Virus record (IMG/VR): IMGVR_UViG_3300025261_000058
Reading direction: 5' to 3' (one strand)
Source of the DNA: an uncultured virus (IMG/VR IMGVR_UViG_3300025261_000058)
Lineage: Duplodnaviria; Heunggongvirae; Uroviricota; Caudoviricetes
Length of the DNA stretch: 20,000 nucleotides
Part shown: in pieces, positions 15,758 through 20,000 of the stretch
Layout of the letters: each line of letters begins with the position of its first letter
Position numbering within the stretch: the stretch's first letter is position 1
Translations under genes and position numbers: made by a program
Notes under the pieces: generated by a model
Seen by the model: only the letters and a program-made list of their open reading frames with translations
The model's database searches: none
Told to the model about the DNA's origin: nothing

Positions 15758-15900
15758 CTGAACTGAACGATTTGGAAGCAGTGAAAGCTGAGCTTCAATG
15801 GTGCATCGCCGAGGGCACTTATGGCCCGCGCACGGGCGCAGCGTTGCGCTGGGCATTGGAGATGATTGAGCAGATGGAAGCGGAGAAGCAGGCGGCATGA
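15754..15900 (+). CDS. Small hypothetical protein (48 aa)
   Basis: Manual translation; ATGA coupling. Confidence 0.6.
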   Translation: MTELNDLEAVKAELQWCIAEGTYGPRTGAALRWALEMIEQMEAEKQAA

Positions 15901-15994
15901 CCGAAGCGCTGGAAAAGATTCTGGCCGTTACCGCGGCCTGGTGGAAGATTGAATATCTGGTCGCTTAGGCGGCCAGTTTTGTTTTGGAGGTCAA

Positions 15995-16285
15995 ATGGAG
16001 CGACGAGAGGTTGTCGACCTGTTCGGCGAGACGGTCGTCATCGAGGTAAGCGAGGCCAAAGGAGTTCGCAAGCCGACGCGTCCGAACGGGTACGCGGCGC
16101 CGCCCGGAAGCGGGCCAACAGGCGAGACATGCAAAAACTGTGAGCATGCGGTCCGAGTCAACAACGGAACGGCAGGCACCTATCGCAAATGTGCGCTCAT
16201 GCGGGCGAATTGGACGGGCGGGCCAGGGAGTGACATTCTCTTTCGGTCGCCCGCTTGCAGACATTGGGAGAGCGAGAAAAAATGA
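15995..16285 (+). CDS. Cys-containing phage protein
   Basis: GGAGG RBS; TCKNCEH..KC..AC. Confidence 0.8.
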   Translation: MERREVVDLFGETVVIEVSEAKGVRKPTRPNGYAAPPGSGPTGETCKNCEHAVRVNNGTAGTYRKCALMRANWTGGPGSDILFRSPACRHWESEKK

Positions 16286-16497
16286 ACGAATCGATGTTTC
16301 TGTCCGAGGATGAGCTCGTGGAGATGACCGGCAAGGTTAGGCACCCGGCACAGGTTCGCGTTCTGAATCGCCTTGGCATCGATCACAAGGTGCGGCCGGA
16401 CGGCTCGATAGTCGTGCTCCGGGCCGTCTCGCAACGCGTCTTGGGCGATCGCACGCCGAAGGCTACTATCAAGACGTGGGAACCCGTCTTCAACTAA
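16282..16497 (+). CDS. xis: Excisionase-like protein (DUF4224 type)
   Basis: FLSEDELVEMTG....AQ..L...GI....RPDGS.VV; immediately upstream of the integrase. Confidence 0.85.
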   Translation: MNESMFLSEDELVEMTGKVRHPAQVRVLNRLGIDHKVRPDGSIVVLRAVSQRVLGDRTPKATIKTWEPVFN

Positions 16498-16499
16498 TC

Positions 16500-17552
16500 A
16501 TGCCGCGTCCAAAGAGCAAAGAAAATCAGGGCCTCCCGAAGCGCTGGACGGCCCACCACGGCGCCTACTACTATCAGGTGCCGCTGGGGCAGGAGAGCGC
16601 GTGGGACGGCAAACGCAAGTTCCGGCTCGGCGCGACGCTGCCTGAGGCCTATCGGACATGGGCAGATCGCATTGGCCGGACTGACAACGTACGGACAGTC
16701 GGCGATCTGCTGGACCGGTATGTGTTGGAAGTTATCCCCACAAAAGCGGCGTCTACGCAAACGCAGAATCGCGCGTCGCTGAAGTTCATCAGGGAGAAGT
16801 TTGCCACCGCGCCACTAACAGCGGTGAAGCCATCGCACATCTACAAATATCTCGATTGGCGTCCGGCCAAAGTGCAGGCGAGGCGGGAAATTGAGATCTT
16901 GTCGCATGCTTTCACCAAGGCGGTGGAGTGGGGCTACATCGACAAGCATCCGTTCAAAGGCGAGGTCCGCAAGGAGGGCTCCAAGCCGCGCACGCGATAC
17001 GTTGAAGATTGGGAGATCGTTGAATGCCTGTCGATCGAATCCAAACGCAAGAAGGGTAGCGTTCTGGCCGTCCAGTCGTATATCCGTGTGAAGCTGCTCA
17101 CAGGGCTGCGCCGCGGTGATCTGTTGCGCCTGCGCATGGCTGACCTGAAAGACGACGGCATCCATGTGACACCCTCAAAGACCGCGGACTCGACCGGCAA
17201 GCGGGTGATTATTCAATGGTCCGACGAGTTGAGGGAAGCGGTGGCGATGGCAAAAGGCGCTCGACCCGTGCAGCTGGGGCCGTTCCTGTTCTGCAATCGG
17301 GCAGGGGAATGCTACATCGACGAGGCGTCCGGACGCGCCGGCGGATGGGAATCTCTATGGCGGGGATTCATGGCTCGCGTGCTTGACGAAACCAAGGTCA
17401 CCGAGCGATTCACCGAGCACGATTTGCGAGCGAAGTGCGCGAGCGATGCGGAAACGCTGGCTCATGCGCAGGCACTTATGACTCACGCCGACAGCCGGAT
17501 AACAGACCGCGTCTATCGCCGGAAACCGGAGATGGTGAAGCCGCTGCGCTAG
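16500..17552 (+). CDS. int: Tyrosine recombinase / phage integrase
   Basis: TGLRRGD (R), SKT (K), HDLR (HxxR), MTH (H), RVY (Y). Confidence 0.95.
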   Translation: MPRPKSKENQGLPKRWTAHHGAYYYQVPLGQESAWDGKRKFRLGATLPEAYRTWADRIGRTDNVRTVGDLLDRYVLEVIPTKAASTQTQNRASLKFIREKFATAPLTAVKPSHIYKYLDWRPAKVQARREIEILSHAFTKAVEWGYIDKHPFKGEVRKEGSKPRTRYVEDWEIVECLSIESKRKKGSVLAVQSYIRVKLLTGLRRGDLLRLRMADLKDDGIHVTPSKTADSTGKRVIIQWSDELREAVAMAKGARPVQLGPFLFCNRAGECYIDEASGRAGGWESLWRGFMARVLDETKVTERFTEHDLRAKCASDAETLAHAQALMTHADSRITDRVYRRKPEMVKPLR

Positions 17553-17686
17553 GCAAAAAGTGGGTTATTCGGATAGGGTATTGCACGACAGTTAAAGGCT
17601 TAGCGGGGAGTAGTTCAAAAATCTATAACCCACGTCGATTGTCTGTCATCGTTATGTAGCAAGCGAATCCGATCAATGGGCGTACC

Positions 17687-17729
17687 GGTTAATAGCCTAT
17701 CCGGGGTTCGAATCCCCGTCTCTCCGCCA
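17687..17729 (+). repeat. att site: duplicated 3' fragment of a tRNA-Ser
   Basis: GGTTAATAGCCTATCCGGGGTTCGAATCCCCGTCTCTCCGCCA: part of a long variable arm, T-arm, acceptor 3' strand, G discriminator and CCA; 5' half absent. Confidence 0.85.
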
Positions 17730-17903
17730 GAATACCTTTGTGCCTATAAATGACTGATTTATAAGGCCGTAACGTGTTGGCGAATTCTCGCTAACCACAC
17801 AATCTACACGCATTCCCACCACATGTAGGCAATCGTCAGGAGACGGTTCGAGAGCCAATCGACGTCCTTTCTGGATGAAGTTGAGCTGCTACAGAACATC
17901 CTT

Positions 17904-18608
17904 GTGTCACACGCGACTAACGGCCCTACGTCCGATGGCGACTATGTGACACTGAGGGCCTCCCTACTGGCGCGCGCGGACTATGCGCCACTTGTTCCGA
18001 GATTCGTGCGTACCTGCCGCGACCTGAGCCAGTTCTGGCAATTCATAAAACACAAGTTTCCGAGTTACGCAGAGCGGCGGTTGTTTTTGTGGGACGAGTT
18101 CAGGCCTCTCCTGGAGCGAATCGAAGGGGCCGGGACGAGTCCCGCCGATTCGGCAGTTACTGCGGCCATCGAGAAGTTCGATAGCGAGCATGTGCTGGCT
18201 GCATGGAACAAGGCATTGGAGAGGAAGCAGGCGGACCCAGAGGGCGCGATAACGATGGCGCGTACTCTTCTTGAGACCATGTGTAAGCATATTCTGGACG
18301 AGCGCGACGTATCTTACGGGGAATCGCCTGACCTGCCGGAACTCTACAGGCTCACATCTAAGGCATTGAACTTGGCTCCCAGTCAGCACACTGAGGGAGT
18401 CTTTAGGCAAATCCTGGGCGGCTGTCAGTCGGTGGTGGAAGGGCTGGGTGCCCTCCGAAACAAGCTTAGCGATGCGCACGGCACAGGCAAGCGCGCAGTA
18501 AAGCCCGCAGCAAGGCATGCTGAACTCGCAGTGAACCTGTCGGGAGCACTAGCCCTCTACCTGTTGGCCACACTAGAAGCCACAGGCCAGACTCCATCTG
18601 GGCAGTAA
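17904..18608 (+). CDS. Abortive-infection family protein (Abi_C/HEPN-like C-terminus); start may be further upstream
   Basis: DPEGAITMARTLLETMCKHIL..LRNKLSDAHG..AELAVNL. Confidence 0.85.
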   Translation: MSHATNGPTSDGDYVTLRASLLARADYAPLVPRFVRTCRDLSQFWQFIKHKFPSYAERRLFLWDEFRPLLERIEGAGTSPADSAVTAAIEKFDSEHVLAAWNKALERKQADPEGAITMARTLLETMCKHILDERDVSYGESPDLPELYRLTSKALNLAPSQHTEGVFRQILGGCQSVVEGLGALRNKLSDAHGTGKRAVKPAARHAELAVNLSGALALYLLATLEATGQTPSGQ

Positions 18609-19123
18609 GGCCGAAGTAGGTAGTCTGCCAGGTCATTGGTAAGTGCCATACGTCCTCAGCTATTCCTTTCCATCCGCCTATCCGCGGAGGAAAGAGGCAG
18701 GCCGTTTCTCGGTAGAACGATTCGCCAATGTCGTCGTGAACCACGTTCACAGAGTCCGAGGCTGCCTTCCTGAAGCTTGTCCGTTTTGCTCCCCTTGCAC
18801 TTAACTATTTGATACTGCACGTGACTGCTTACGATGTAGTCATTGTCTGTCGACATCGACCGACACGCCGACCTGTTGAGCGGTTTTTTGTTGACAGGAT
18901 CACAAGGATGCTACGCATACCTGAATTAATGCTTTGTCACTATCCCACTGGAATGCGAGCGGGAAAATACTGTCCCACGTCACCAAACACCAGAACGTCA
19001 CCTGTTTTCAGAGTTGTCCGATATGGCTGTCAGCGCGTCATGCGAGGTAATGCCTTGTCGCGTCAGCGGGCCAGTTTCCGGGCAATTCGGCGGAGTGGCT
19101 TAACCAGGATAGGGGACTTAAGA

Positions 19124-19453
19124 ATGCCGGAACAGCAGAAAAACCAAACGACATACCTGTTTGCAACTATTGGTGCTCGTACCGGGCGCGGCGGATACGC
19201 GAGCCGGGAACTGACCCGCGCCGAGTATGAAGGCAAGGCATGCGCTCGCGTCGGAGAAATCGACGCGTATGACGACGGCAGACAAACCACCATTATCGAC
19301 GGCGCCGCCGATGCCGCTACATGGGAGGTTAAGCCGCTTGCGCTGATCGGTTCGCGCCTAAGCAACGGCGAAATGACTCCCGTCCTGTTCGACCGCGGAT
19401 ACGCGCCGCCTGCCGCTGAGTCTGCCAGTGCGAGAGGCGACACCCATGCGTAA
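19124..19453 (+). CDS. PAAR-like protein, possibly degenerate
   Basis: ATIGARTGRGG..ARVGE..IIDGA..LALIGSRLSNG; AGGGG RBS. Confidence 0.65.
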   Translation: MPEQQKNQTTYLFATIGARTGRGGYASRELTRAEYEGKACARVGEIDAYDDGRQTTIIDGAADAATWEVKPLALIGSRLSNGEMTPVLFDRGYAPPAAESASARGDTHA

Positions 19454-20000
19454 GGCGCTCGTCGTGCAAGGCAGCCCCACGACGACAGGTGGCGTTGTAA
19501 CCGGCGGGTCAGCCACTCACATGACGGACCACCGCAGGCCATTCGCGCTCAACGGTGACGAAGCAACGTGCGGCAACTGCAAGGGTGCATTTTGGATATC
19601 CGGTACAGCTACACGCAGATGCTACAGAGGAAAGCCCGGCGTCGTCGAAGGCGATCTGGTGCTGTGTCCCTGCGGACAAAATCGCGTGATGGCTAGTCCC
19701 AATCCCGGTTGTTTCTACTGGACCGACGAAAGCGAAGCGGGCGAAAGCAGCGGGGCTGCTGCCGCAATCGCGTCATCGGTAGTAGACGCGATATACGACG
19801 AACAGGTCTGCGTCGCTGCTGCGGGCATGACGCTCGAAGGGTATCCGTATGTCATCGAGACGCCAGACGGCCGGATGCGCGCGGGACGCCTTGGTGCGGA
19901 TGGACGGCTACCGCGCATTGACACCGGCGAGAGTAGCGGCGACTACGCAGTGTATTGGGGCGATGAAGCGCTCGCACGCGATGACATGGCGCGCATCTAG
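19446..20000 (+). CDS. PAAR-domain protein with C-terminal extension
   Basis: GSPTTTGGVV..GDEATCGNCKG..EGDLVLCPCG. Confidence 0.88.
   Translation: MRKALVVQGSPTTTGGVVTGGSATHMTDHRRPFALNGDEATCGNCKGAFWISGTATRRCYRGKPGVVEGDLVLCPCGQNRVMASPNPGCFYWTDESEAGESSGAAAAIASSVVDAIYDEQVCVAAAGMTLEGYPYVIETPDGRMRAGRLGADGRLPRIDTGESSGDYAVYWGDEALARDDMARI

Larger units (their letters stand above)
1..17729. mobile_element. Lambdoid prophage (immunity, early/recombination and integration arm); left end lies outside the window
   Basis: Divergent cro/cI switch, coupled early operon, YqaJ exonuclease, xis-int, then a tRNA 3' fragment as att site. Confidence 0.95.

Noticed and set aside
17640..17729. Intact tRNA gene
   Set aside because: No 5' acceptor strand (GGAGAG), D-arm or anticodon arm; only the 3' att fragment is present
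18809..19123. N-terminal extension of ORF 18809-19453
   Set aside because: PAAR-like sequence and an RBS begin at ATG 19124; the upstream part looks intergenic
1..20000. CRISPR array, retron/DGR or IS element
   Set aside because: No regularly spaced repeats, reverse transcriptase or transposase motifs seen

Overview
Positions 1-~17,729 are the immunity-to-integration arm of a lambdoid prophage. The host is probably Burkholderiaceae (inference from the tRNA-Ser fragment and PAAR gene types). The leftward pR operon holds cro, a CII-like regulator, small ORFs and an HNH gene cut off by the window edge. Next come the cI repressor with OR/OL operators and a long rightward early (pL) operon. That operon encodes many small or modular proteins, a putative SSAP plus YqaJ exonuclease, a C5 DNA methyltransferase, HNH proteins, a DUF4224 excisionase and a tyrosine integrase. 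It ends at an att site made of the 3' end of a tRNA-Ser. Beyond att are an Abi_C/HEPN-like defence gene and two PAAR genes. Four highlights stand out. (1) A canonical type II hammerhead ribozyme (3371-3420) heads ~650 nt of tandem, highly structured non-coding RNA in the pL leader, with two more structured intergenic RNAs at 6964-7156 and 10949-11088. (2) The methyltransferase has its motif IX in a fully overlapping +1 frame (M.EcoHK31I-like). (3) Short repeated DNA linkers are shared among modular early genes. (4) An HNH-AP2 endonuclease is fused to an unrelated C-terminal domain. All family calls come from motif recognition by eye; no database search or folding program was run.
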